Positions 1-12,990 of a stretch of DNA of 64,000 bases are shown piece after piece; position 1 is the first letter of the stretch, and every line of letters begins with the position of its first letter. The translations under genes were made by a program, and so were the position numbers. The stretch lies in assembly GCF_009914755.1 (NCBI RefSeq), contig NC_060927.1, one strand, 5' to 3'. The DNA comes from the human T2T-CHM13v2.0 reference genome, Homo sapiens. Below the pieces are notes generated by a model that saw nothing but the letters and a program-made list of their open reading frames with translations, did no database searches and was not told the origin of the DNA.

Positions 1-57
1 AAACAAGAAAATAAAAACTAGAGTAGAAATAAATAAAATGGAGAACAGAAAAACAAA
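1..57 (+). mobile_element. Old L1 (L1M) ORF2-region fragment running off the left edge
   Basis: AAAACTAGAGTAGAAATAAATAAAATGGAGAACAGAAAAACAA resembles the L1 ORF2 segment encoding IRAEINEIENRKT. Confidence 0.6.
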
Positions 58-211
58 ACTTATGTTTTAGAAATAATTAAATACTTTTAAAGAAAAAACT
101 CTATGTATTAGTACCTTTAACAGAACTTGTCTCCCATGTGGACAAGGGCCTCCACATTTTCGTTTGCACTGGGATCTACACATTAGCCAGCCTTTGAAGC
201 AGGAATTGGTC

Positions 212-721
212 TAAAATGCAAGCCATACTTTGTCTTTTAACTGCTTAAAACCCTTTTCTTTTTCCTAACTCCCCATTGCCTTTATGTGGCTTTTCAGTAT
301 TCCCCAAGATTCTCGCCAATCTCATTTTCTGCTCTTCTTTACATTACACCTTGTACTTCGAAATCATAGACCTCCTTGTCATTCCCTGGGCATCCCATGC
401 TGCTTTTCATACCTCAGTGCCTTTTCACATACTGCTCTGTTGTGATGTGTCTTCCCCTCCTGCTCTGCTTTCTGCCCCACCTTTGACATTTGTAACCCCA
501 CTCAGCCTTCATCTCTGCCCTGAAGCCTTGTCTAGAGCCCTAGTTAACTGACAGCTCTTTTGTGTTAATTCTGTACCGTTTACACACTTCTCGTTGCTTG
601 TGTATGTTTTAACTGTCTAAATGCCAACGTCTCCCTGATTGAAGTTTCCTCTAAGATGGGAACCCTTTCTTACTTATTGCTATACTCCAGGGATCAGAGT
701 AAATATTCACTGAACTGAATC
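212..721 (+). mobile_element. L2 LINE 3' fragment
   Basis: Pyrimidine-rich L2-like body ending GTAAATATTCACTGAACTGAAT, resembling the L2 3' terminus. Confidence 0.6.
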
Positions 722-842
722 ATAAGGAGAATACAGCTCTTCCCCACCTGAACCAGTGAAAGCATTAAAGAAAATGTAGGTTAGTGTATTACAACCAGGC
801 ATGGTGGCACACACACACATGAGCAGAGAGCTGGCCTCAGAT

Positions 843-2435
843 TGAGAGGTGACAGTGTGCCGGCAGCCCTCGAAGCCCTCGCTCGCTCTTGGCGCCTCCT
901 CGGCCTCGGCGCCCACTCTGGTCACGCTTGAGGAGCCCTTCAGCCCACCGCTGCACTGTGGGAGCCCCTTCCTGGGATGGTCGAGGCCGGAGCTGGCTCC
1001 CTCAGCCTGCGGGGAGGTGTGGAGGGACAGGCACCGGCGGGAACCGGGGCTGCGCACTGGCACTTCCCGGCCAGCTAGAGTTCTGGGTGGGCGTGGGCTT
1101 GGCAGTCCCGCACTCGGAGCGTCCGGCCTGCCCCACTGGCCCCGGGGCAGTGAAGGGCTTAGCACCCGGGCCAGCAGCTGCGGAGGGTGCGCCAGGTCCC
1201 CCAGCAGTACCGGCCCACCGGTGCTGAGCTCGATTTCTCGCCAGGCCTTAGAGGCCTCCCCGTGGGGCAGGACTCGGGACCTGCAGCCCACCATGCCTGC
1301 ACCTCCCCCCCCCACCCCACCCCCGGCTCCCCACCCTGGGCTCCTGCGCGGCCCGAGCCTCCCAACGAGCACCACCCCCTACTCCACGGCACGTGGTCCC
1401 ATCGACCGCTCAAGGGCTGAGGAGTGCGGATGCACAGCACGGGACTGGCAGGCAGCTCCACCTGTGGCCCCAGTGTGGGATCCACTGGGTGAAGCCAGCT
1501 GGGCTCCTGAGTCTAGTGGGGACTTGGAGAACCTTTATGTCTAGCTAAGGGATTGTAAATACACCAATCAGCATTCCGTATCTAGCTCAAGATTTGTAAA
1601 CACACCAATCAGCACCCTGTGTCTAGCTCAGGGTTTGTGGATGCACCAGTTGGCACTCTGTCTCTAGCTAATCTGGTGGGGACTTGGAGAATCTTTATGT
1701 CTAGCTAAGGGATTGTGAACGCATCAGTCGGCACTCTATCTAGCACAAGGTTTGTAAATGCACCAATCAACACTCTGTGTCTAGCTCAGGGTTTGTAAAT
1801 ACACCAATTGACACTCTGTATCTAGCTAATCTAGTGGGGAAGAGGAGAACTTTTGTGTCTAGCTCAGGGATTGTAAACGCACCAATCAGCACCCTGTCAA
1901 AACGGACCAATCAGCTCCCTGTAAAACAGCCCAATCAGCTCTCTGTAAAATGGACCAATCAGCAGGATGTGGGTGGGGCCAGATAAGAGAATAAAAGCAA
2001 GCTGCCTGAGTCAGCAGTGGTAACCTGCTGGGGTTCCCTTCCACATTGTGGAGGCTTTGGTCTTTTGTTCTTTGCCGTAAATCTTGCTACTGCTCACTCT
2101 TTGGGTCCACACTGCCTTTATGAGCTGTAACACTCAGCGTGAAGGTCTGCAGCTTCACTCCTGAAGCCATGGAGACCAGGAACCCACCAGGAGGAACGAA
2201 CAACTCCACACGTGCTGCTTTAAGAGCTGTAACACTCACTGCGGAGGTCTGCAGCTTCACTCCTGAGCCAGTGAGACCACGAACCCACCAGAAGGAAAAA
2301 ACTTCAAACATATCCGAACAGCAAAAGGAACAGACTCCGGACACGCAACCTTTAAGAACTGTAACACCCACTGCAAGGGTCTGCGGCTTCATTCTTTAAG
2401 TCAGTGAGACCAAGAACCCGCCAATTCCGGACCCA
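843..2435 (+). mobile_element. Solo LTR12 (LTR12C/E-like; HERV9, ERV1 class), inserted into a MIR
   Basis: Starts TGAGAGGTGACAG and ends CCAATTCCGGACCCA. 4-bp TSD AGAT at 839-842 and 2436-2439. GC/CpG-rich 5' part, tandem CTAGCT/CACCAATC repeats, and U5 repeats AAGGTCTGCAGCTTCACTCCTGA. Confidence 0.97.
1530..2010 (+). promoter_or_regulatory. LTR12 U3 enhancer/promoter: CCAAT (NF-Y) repeat array, GATA site and AATAAAA TATA-like box
   Basis: About eight CCAAT boxes between 1564 and 1960, GATAAG at 1982-1987, AATAAAA at 1990-1996; matches known ERV9 LTR architecture. Confidence 0.75.
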
Positions 2436-2439
2436 AGAT

Positions 2440-2620
2440 CACAAATCTGAAACCAACCAGCAATATGACCCTTGGCAATTTACCTAACACCCGCGAACCT
2501 CAGTTTCCTAACCTGTAAGTTGGGGGTGATAATACCAATTTCCAAAAAGATGTTGTGAGCAATAATGCAATACTATGAATAAAGCAATTGATGGAGGGCC
2601 TGGCTATTGCTGATTATCAT
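2440..2620 (+). mobile_element. MIR SINE (3' part; 5' part lies left of the LTR12)
   Basis: MIR core GACCCTTGGCAATTTACCTAAC...CCTCAGTTTCCTAACCTGTAAGTTGGGGGTGATAATACC. Confidence 0.75.
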
Positions 2621-3105
2621 CATCAAGCTCTTTGTCTAATAGCATTTGGGGAAAGGAATGAAATTCCCAGATGAGAGACAAAGTTGACCATCAGAGTCTG
2701 CAGAGTTTGCATACCCACATGGTATCAGAGGTCTCCAGTAAACGCAGTTACTCCTGGGATCCATGAAGACAGGACAAACAGTGAGCTGGTAGCAGCAAAA
2801 GCTAATCAAGTTAATTGAGATTCTATGACCAGGTATTTCTCTTGAGTGCTTTACTTATTAACTCATCCATTTCCCACAGCAAGCCTATACCTTTGCTTAT
2901 ATAATTATAATTAACCTATTTTATGACAAATAAAGGGAAACAGGCCTAATTGTATGGTGTGTAAGCTGGACCACAGAGGGAGGTGGGTTGCTAGGGTAAC
3001 ACAGCTGATTGTGGTGGAGCAGGGATTTTAACCCAGAGAATGTGGCTTCAGAGTTTAGGTCCTTAATACTAAGCTATGCTAACTCTAGTTAAAACATCGT
3101 GCAGC

Positions 3106-3372
3106 TTTTTTTTTTTCTTTTTTTGAGACTCTGTCTCAAAAAAGTGAGTCTCTCGGCTCACTGCAACCTGCCCCTCCCAGGTTCAAGCAATTCTCCTGCC
3201 TCGCTGGGATTACAGGCACGTGCCACCACACTCGGCTAATTTTTGTAGTTTTAGTAGAGACAGGGTTTTGCCATGTTGGCCAGGCTGGTCTCGAATTCCT
3301 GACCTCAGGTGATCTGCCCACCTTGGCCTCCCAAACTGCGGGGATTACAAGCGCGAGTCACCACTCCTGGCC
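3106..3372 (-). mobile_element. AluS with rearranged 3' end and internal deletions
   Basis: Poly-T then antisense Alu ending GGCC; degenerate 16-bp TSD TAAAACATCGTGCAGC / TAAAATATTGTGTAGC. Confidence 0.93.
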
Positions 3373-3444
3373 TAAAATATTGTGTAGCATCTATGTGCCA
3401 GAAACTGCATTAAGTTTTCCATAGATGTACTGGCTCACTCAATA

Positions 3445-3888
3445 CCCTTTCTAACATCTTTCTAAAGTACCACACCATATGGCAAAGACTGAAATGCTGT
3501 GGCATTTTCCAGACCCCCTAACTGTTAATTTCCAAATGTGATTTAGGTTCAATGCATCTGGTGATCTTGTGCGAGACTTTGGTTTGTAACTAAGTTACTT
3601 AAATAGAGAAGCAGGGTGGGAGGCATCCATTTTCCTGGTACAACTTAGGTAAGAGGCAGCATGGTCCTGGAGTCAGCAACTGTAGTGGCAGCGTCCTAAT
3701 TCTTTAGTTTCCTGGTTAGGCAGAGGAGTAGCTCTTTTGGTGGTCGAGGTCTGCAGTGTAGCTTTGGCAGTTGTTCCTGGAAGACCAGCCAGGATTCAAT
3801 TTGGGCGCATTTTCTATTCTGCTTAATAAACTCCTTAGCTAGAACAGATTCTGTTGTCTGCAACCAAAAGTCTCCATCAATACTGTAC
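3445..3888 (+). mobile_element. LTR33-like ERVL LTR
   Basis: 3' end CTGCTTAATAAACTCCTTAGCTAGAACAGATTCTGTTGTCTGCAACC resembles LTR33. Confidence 0.55.
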
Positions 3889-4074
3889 ACATGGATTCCT
3901 TTCCTATGGAACTAGCTAGTATCTTCATGAAGAAATTGAAGCTCAAAGAAGTTAAAAGACTTGTCAAAGTCACTGAGTTTTGTACATGGTAAAGCAGGAA
4001 CTCAAACTTAGTTCTGTTCAACTTCAAAGCCTGACCATTAACCACTGTATTTTACTGTTTCTTGCCATTGACTG

Positions 4075-4076
<2 letters not shown>

Positions 4077-4105
<29 letters not shown>
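4077..4105. repeat. (T)29 mononucleotide run not attached to an Alu
   Basis: Direct count. Confidence 0.95.
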
Positions 4106-4108
<3 letters not shown>

Positions 4109-4951
4109 GCTAGGCTCTGATGTCAGCACAACCCATTATTTTGGAGAGTTCTTTCCGGCCTGAAAGTGATGCTTATTGCTTTATTCACAATCTACTGGCA
4201 AGAACTCAGCCACGAGGCCACACATGATCTCAAGGGATGCCAAAAAAACATAAATTTAAAAAATACATCACATGTAATGAAATGAAGCCTAGCCACCTGC
4301 CCAGGAAGAAGAGGAAATGGGATCAATTATCATTCACCAGTGCCACACTGTCCAAGCTGGCTTCACAGAAGCCTCAGTTGAGTCAGTGCCAGCCCTACTC
4401 TCCTCCCTGGTACTTAATGGTCTGTCAACAGCAGTGATGCAGAAGCAAGGGTGCTGGAATGGAGACAGGAGTCCTAGTGCTGACTGCCACTGGCTGTATG
4501 ACTCTGGGTAAGTCATGTCGCTGTTCTCGACCTCAGTTTCTGCCTCAGTAGAATGAGGGGTTGGACTAGCTCCGTCTACCATTGCTCTCACATTGAATGA
4601 GATTTTCACTATGCTAGTTCCCTCAGTTGTACTTTTGTCTAGAACAGTTTTCAAAGTGTTTAATCTTTCTTTCAAAAGACAGGTCACCTGGAACCCCAAT
4701 ATATTAGTTAGATAACAGGAGAGTTGCTTTGGCTGGAGGCAGGAGAGGAGCAGGGATTCCACTCTCCTGTGGTGACCCCTAAAGTGTCTCTATGGACCTT
4801 AGGACTCATGGGCAAACTTGTAAAAGCAGTTGTCTAAACCACAACAGATCCCAACCAATGTGAATACTCAGGTTACCTGAACAGCACAAGTAACCCCTGG
4901 ATTCATTCTTTCATTCCTTCCCCCACCAAATCCTACTGAGTTCCTATTTTG

Positions 4952-4998
4952 GCTTTTATTTTATTATTTTTTAAATTCAAACACCAACTCGAAGCAGA
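4952..4998 (-). other. TSD-flanked, A-tailed micro-insertion of unknown source inside an L2 fragment
   Basis: Perfect direct repeats GAGTTCCTATTTTG at 4938-4951 and 4999-5012; minus-strand insert TCTGCTTCGAGTTGGTGTTTGAATTT followed by AAAAAATAATAAAATAAAAGC. Confidence 0.7.
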
Positions 4999-5174
4999 GA
5001 GTTCCTATTTTGTGAGTAGGAAAGTGGAATGTTAGGCATGTGGTGTCAGAACTTGGTTTAAATCTTGAATCTGACACTTAATAACGAAGGTCTCAAATTC
5101 TGGACAAGTTTTTACTTCTTTCTATCTCAGTTTTCTCATCCATGAAAAGAGGGAAAATATATATCTCATTATAC

Positions 5175-5397
5175 GTATTATTCTATCCCCTTCCTTGCAT
5201 TATCTTTCTCCTTGGCACTATCACCTTGAATATACCCTATAATTAACTTATTAATCTTGTTTAGTGTCTGTCTCCCCGACTAATGTCAGCTCTATGAGGC
5301 TGGTGACTTTTGTCTGTTCTGTTCAATGATGTATCCCAGCACCTACTACCACGCCTGGCACAAAATCATTGCTCAATAAATATTTGTGAAATGTTGT
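5175..5397 (+). mobile_element. L2a 3' end
   Basis: TGTCTGTCTCCCC...GTATCCCAGCACC...CCTGGCACA...GCTCAATAAATATTTGTGAAATG. Confidence 0.8.
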
Positions 5398-5479
5398 TGA
5401 TAATCTTAAAGCATTCAGGATGGGGCCAGGTGCATTATAAGCATTTGGTAAATGTTAACAGTTATTATTTTTATTAAGT

Positions 5480-6030
5480 GTTATGGATGAGGATACAGTG
5501 TTGAAAAAAAATCAGATAGTGCTCCTGCCTTCATGAATTTATACTTGGAAGGGAGACAGATATAAAACAAAAAAGCAAAAATATATATTGTAAATTGTGA
5601 CAAGTGTTAGAAAAGTTTAGGATGTTATGAAAGGGTACAACAGAAAGATATCATTTGGGTTTGGGCGGGGAGTAGAGGGTGGGGCTGGCCTGAGAGGAAA
5701 CCATTTACACTGCAACCTGACAGGTGACCAGGGATGGACCAGGCATGAAGGGACAGCGTTCCAGGCAGGGGGAACAGGGAGTGTGGAGGCTTTAATGCAG
5801 GAAGGAACATGGAACTTCTGGGATCTGAGGGAAGACCAGTGGGGCTGGTTAGTGAGGTGGACATGGACAGGAAACAGCTGGAGAGGCAGGGGGCAGAAGG
5901 TACAGCACATCGTCATCCCCATGGGGCTGATAATTTACCCAACAAGCCATGGGGCCAAAAGGCAAGTGCTGTGACTTAAGCAGAGAGGGACAGGGTCATA
6001 TTCACAGACCCCCTGGCTACTTAGTGAATC
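5480..6030 (-). mobile_element. L2 fragment
   Basis: Purine-rich antisense L2 motifs such as CCTGCCTTCATGAATTTATAC, TTCCAGGCAGGGGGAACAG and TTAAGCAGAGAGGGACA. Confidence 0.65.
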
Positions 6031-7302
6031 CCCCTGGAGGGTGAAGAGGGGAAATGGGGTTCAGAGGCAACATTTCACCACGTGCACTGTATTCCATTTG
6101 TCACCGTTCTCTTTCTGTCATTTGTTTGCCACAAGTGTTGAGTTACTTAGTCAAACTTTTGCCTCTCGATGTTTACTAATCAAATTCTAGTGCTTAATAT
6201 TGAAACTGCAGGCTCTTCTGTTGGTGAAAGAACTCTCATCCCAATAAGAAAGAAAAATGTTGCTTCCTTCCCTGCAGCTGCAGAAAAGCAGACACTATTC
6301 CATTCTAAGCTGTCTTTGAAAATGTTCTTTATGAAAAGGTCTTTTCTAAGATGCCTAGATTTTGGAGATGGTTGCTCTGCCCTATAACTATAATTTTTAA
6401 ACCCTAAAAATGCTATAGTTTTAATTGATCGCCCTGGTAGATAACATTTTCAGTGACATTCGCATTTTCTAAAAGCAATAAGTACCTGTGAAGCTTCTTT
6501 CTTATGCTGAGAACATTAACCGTCCTTCCTTCTTTCTTTATAAGACAAATAAACCCTTTGTAATTCTTATTTCAGCCGAGTTTGGGAGCTTTGGCTTAGT
6601 TAAATTAACAGAGGAGACTTACAGGGAGCTTTTGCAAAGTCAGGTAAGAGATGTGGCTTGGGTTAGGATGGGGGTGGTGGGGAGGAGAGAACTGGGAATT
6701 AGACGGAATGGGGAAAGATTTTGGAGATAGAATAGATAGGACTTGGGAAAAGACTGAACCGCACATGGGAGGTGAGCAGGCAGTTTGAAGATGACTCCCA
6801 GGCCCTCGGCATGAACAACATGGAGGGTTGTCCCTGAAAAGAAGGGGGAGGGCAGAATGTCCCCTGGAAATCTGTTTATGCCCCAATCGTGATGTCAGGA
6901 GGCCCTTTATGCAAAACTTCTCTCCTTAGAATGAAACTTACAGGCCACTGAGTGTTCCTGTGTCAGAACAGTATTGGAGGAAATGGGGTGGGTGTGGGTG
7001 GAGGTGATACAAGTTCTTAGTGACTCAGAAGGTGGATTTTCCTCCACAGATGTCTCTGACCATGGATTGGGACATGAATGGGAGCAGAGCTCCATTCCAG
7101 AGTCCCCAGAGAGGAGGCACTTTTGCTCGAGCTTCACTCAGCTGTGTCCTCTGGATGCTGGGATATGAGGGTGGCATGTGGTTGGGGGCATATTTCACAC
7201 ACCATTGAATCTGTGATATCAGATTTTTCTATAGGAAGTAAGGATGGGGCTGAACAGCTAAGGAGAAACTTATTGGAAATTCCCTTTGAGAGAATGAATA
7301 TA

Positions 7303-7743
7303 TGAATGGATAATGGCCAGGCTGTATGTTAAAATAGAGCTCTGTCCCTCAGTCTGCAACCTCCAGTTCAGGGAGCCAAACCACAACCTTAGTAAGAGTT
7401 GGCCACAAAACAACCGGAATGTAATCAATAACTGCCAGCTTCTCTAATTTGTATCCCTTTCCAACTTAAGACCAACCATGGAAAGCCAAATGTGCTCCCC
7501 TAAGCAATCACATAGGATGCCCCACTTCAAGTTCTCCCACCTACAGCACCCTCCATACCAGCAGCCTTCTATTGGGGCATATCTGGAGCCTTCCCTTTAT
7601 TCACTAACAAGCTTTCCCACTCCCCTGCCTGCCTGGGAGTCTCTGCCAAACGCAACTGATGCTGCTGACTTATTTGCTACAGCAAGCTCTGAATAAAGAG
7701 CCTTTATTTGTTCTCATTTGGGTGGACTTCATTTATTTACACA
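7303..7743 (+). mobile_element. ERV1-class solo LTR (MER90/MER110-like)
   Basis: TG...CA ends, CAATCACATAGGATGCCCC core, poly(A) signal in GCAAGCTCTGAATAAAG near the 3' end; subfamily uncertain. Confidence 0.6.
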
Positions 7744-7784
7744 CATGGCCCCCATCTGGGCGTCATCAAAGCTACCTTGCTGGG

Positions 7785-8186
7785 TTTCATGCGCGTCCGT
7801 GTGAAGAGACCACCAAACAGGCTTTGTGTGAGCAACGAGGCTGTTTATTTCACCTGGGTGCAGGCGGGCTGAGTCTGAAAAGAGAGTCAGCGAAGGGAGA
7901 TAGGGGTGGGGCCGTTTTATAGGATTTGAGTAGGTAAAGGAAAAAGGGGGGTTCTCTGGCAGGCGGGAGTGGGGGGTCACAAGGTGCTCAGTAGGGGAGC
8001 TTTTGAGCCAGGATGAGCCAGGAGAAGGAATTTCACAAGATAATGTCATCAGTTAAGGCAAGAACAGGCCATTTTCACTTCTTTTGTGGTGGAATGTCAT
8101 CAGTTAAGGCAGGAACCAGCCATCTGAATGTGTACGTGCAGGTCACAGGGGATATGATGGCTTAGCTTGGGCTCAGAGGCCTGACA
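7785..8186 (-). mobile_element. Solo LTR7 (HERV-H LTR)
   Basis: Minus strand begins TGTCAGGCCTCTGAGCCCAAGCTAAGCC and ends CACACGGACGCGCATGAAA. 5-bp TSD CTGGG at 7780-7784 and 8187-8191. TATAAAA at 7915-7921 and AATAAA at 7844-7849 on minus. Confidence 0.97.
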
Positions 8187-8668
8187 CTGGGGACTTGAAG
8201 GGAAGACAGACTCGGGCGTTGAGTTCTCTGTATTTGTCAGTGTTCAGGCGGGAGGCTGATTCTTTATCCGAAGTAGTGCTGGCAACGCCTAGCAATCAAC
8301 CCAGCACCTTCCCAGTGTAGCAGAGAACTATGATGAATGGTAGGAGGGCCGTCTGCTGGCAGACTCTCCGAGAAACAGCTGTCAAAAGGTGTGTGTGCAT
8401 GCACACACATGTTTTCCCAAAATTGTTTGTCTTCTTTACAGAAAGAAAACCCATAATGGCTGCTAGTATACCTTTAGAGTTCAGAGCTGTACAAGTGACC
8501 CACATGATATGTTCTCCTTTGCAGAGAACTCACACTGAGTATGTGCCAGCTGTCTGGAGCTGGATCTAAACCCAGCTTTCTCACTCTCCAGGTGTGATCT
8601 TGGACAAGTTACTTGACTTCCTGGGTCTCAGAGTCCTCTTGTTTTATTCCATGGACATATCCATGCTG

Positions 8669-8852
8669 CAGTGCTGGTCTAAGTGTAGTTCACACACCAC
8701 CTGCATCTATATCTCCTGAAGTACTTGTTAAGCATTCAGTTTTCTGGGCCCAACCCAGAATTAATGAATCAGAATTTCTGGCACTGGGCTGGGATTCTGC
8801 ATGACTAGATAGCTCCCCAAGTTATTTTTCTGTTCATTAAATTTTGAGAACC
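8669..8852. mobile_element. MER5A-like hAT-Charlie DNA transposon
   Basis: CTGGGCCCAACCCAGAATTAATGAATCAGAATTTCTGG core and TTTGAGAACC terminus. Confidence 0.7.
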
Positions 8853-9059
8853 TCAGGGTTACTGTATTTTAGGTACTTCAGAGGTTACAATGATGATCAA
8901 GAACTGATACCCCTCTTCACTGAAGGCTTATGTACATATATATCCAAGGCAAAGCAAATTGCAAGAAACACAGAAATGGAAAAACCAAATGCCGCAGGAA
9001 GAAGATAGGAATTCCAGCCTGGGAACTCTGAGAAGACTGGTTGAAGGAAGTGGCTTTCA

Positions 9060-9984
<925 letters not shown>

Positions 9985-10684
9985 CCATTTGCGAACTCTA
10001 CCACAGACTTCAGCGCAGAAAAATGCTGCATTCCCAGAACCCAAGACAGCAGGGTGTTTGTGGGAACAGTGAGAGACCTAAGAACTGTGGCGGTGAATGT
10101 CCAAAGTCTCTCTGTAATTGACTCTCTCCTTTAACTGTTGAATGCCCAGAATGGGCAGCTGCCAACAGAACCCTGACAGAGGGAGGGGCAAAAGGAACAG
10201 TTTCTCTCACTCTCTTCCCACCCCAGAAGGGAGGAATATTTTATAACTAACAAATATCAGAATCATTGATGCGTGTGAGTTTTTAAAAGCAGACCAACTC
10301 TTAGTCTTATTTCCCTTTCTAATTCTCTACAGACAATGCACCCGTTATTACCTATTCCCAAGGCAGACTCCCCTGCCACTGCCCTTCCCTTGGTATGCCA
10401 CTGCCAGAGTCAGATCCAATGGCCAGATGGAGCCCTGCCTAGGGAGCTGGTATTGGGGAAGACGAAGGTTTTGTTTTCCCTGCATAGTAAGAGACACATC
10501 GAGTCAACACTTTGTCCACAGATCACTGATTACAATTGCATAGGCCCATTCTAAAAAGCTCAGTTAGATGCTGCCTGCCTATATGATAGATAGTATTGTC
10601 TCTGTTTCATGGACAAGGAAACAGAGGGACAGAGAGGCCCCGGGACTTACCCAAGGGCATCCAGCTAGGAAAAAAAGAAGCCAG

Positions 10685-10958
10685 GGCCAGGCGCGGTGGC
10701 TCACACCTGTAATGCCAGCACTTTGGGAGGCCGAGGCAGGCAGATCATGAGGTCAAGAGATCGAGACCATCCTGGCTAACACAGTGAAACCCCATCTGTA
10801 CTAAAAATACAAAAAAAAAAAAATTAGCTGGGCATGGTTGTGGGCTCCTGTAGTACCAGCTACTCGGGAGGCAGAGCTTGCAGTGAGCTGAGATCACGCC
10901 ACTGCACTCCAGCCTAGGCGACAGAGTGAGACTCCATTTCAAAAAAAAAAAAAGAAAA
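10685..10958 (+). mobile_element. AluY/Sc8-like with a right-arm deletion between GGGAGGC repeats
   Basis: GAGATCGAGACCATCCTGGCTAACA and GAGCTTGCAGTGAG diagnostics; TSD GGAAAAAA(A)GAAGCC. Confidence 0.93.
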
Positions 10959-11129
10959 AGGAAAAAAGAAGCCTGAGGTTTGACTATGGAGTAAATGAAT
11001 CCAAGGAAAGGATAGAGTTTCTGTACCATGGAGCATTTGAGGAGAGAAGAGCCCTGTTGATCTGGTTTTTTGGAGAGGAGGTGTGGTACTGACTTGTTTC
11101 TATGAGAAACCTGGCCTCAGGCAGGGGAG

Positions 11130-11370
11130 GGCTAGTGTCTATTTAACAACCAGCTCTGGAGAGAGAGGTAGCTCTGGGTCTTAGTTTGCTGATTACTGTG
11201 GTGTAAATACTCCCACCATGGCCCATTTCAAACTGTCAGCATGACGCTTCTGAATAGAGCCAGGAAGAAATGCACATGATGGGCTCTCCTGAGCTGGCAC
11301 AAGCTGGCTCCAGTGCACTGTGGCCAAGGGGTGTGCATTAAGAAACATGAGCCAGACACACCGGCTAGAA
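11130..11370. mobile_element. MER63-like hAT DNA transposon
   Basis: ATTTAACAACCAGCTCT...GGTGTAAATACTCCCACCATGGCC. Confidence 0.6.
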
Positions 11371-11425
11371 TGAAGTGATTCCACAGGTAGACAGAGGCCT
11401 CTGGCTGGTTCAGAGTGCCTAGCAG

Positions 11426-11760
<335 letters not shown>

Positions 11761-11959
11761 CTAAGGAACCCTGGCAGGGCATAGGGGGAAGGAGTTAAGA
11801 ACTTCTCTCTTACACTCTATCTCAGAAGGGAAAGAATCTACGATCTTGACAAGTTTGGGGTTTGAAAAACAATGAGTTTCAACATGGTCATAAGGGCTCT
11901 GCGGGGCTGACAGGAGAGCCAGAGGAGGATGAGTTTCCTGACCATCAGGGCCCAGGTGT

Positions 11960-12990
<1,031 letters not shown>

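Noticed and set aside
707-1544. Longest ORFs (222 and 231 aa, overlapping)
   Set aside because: They lie almost wholly in the GC-rich U3 of LTR12, where stops are rare; Pro/Gly/Arg/Ser-rich with no domain.
1520-1960. Regularly spaced repeats that could suggest a CRISPR-like array
   Set aside because: Known LTR12 U3 tandem subrepeats; no unique spacers and no cas genes; primate DNA.
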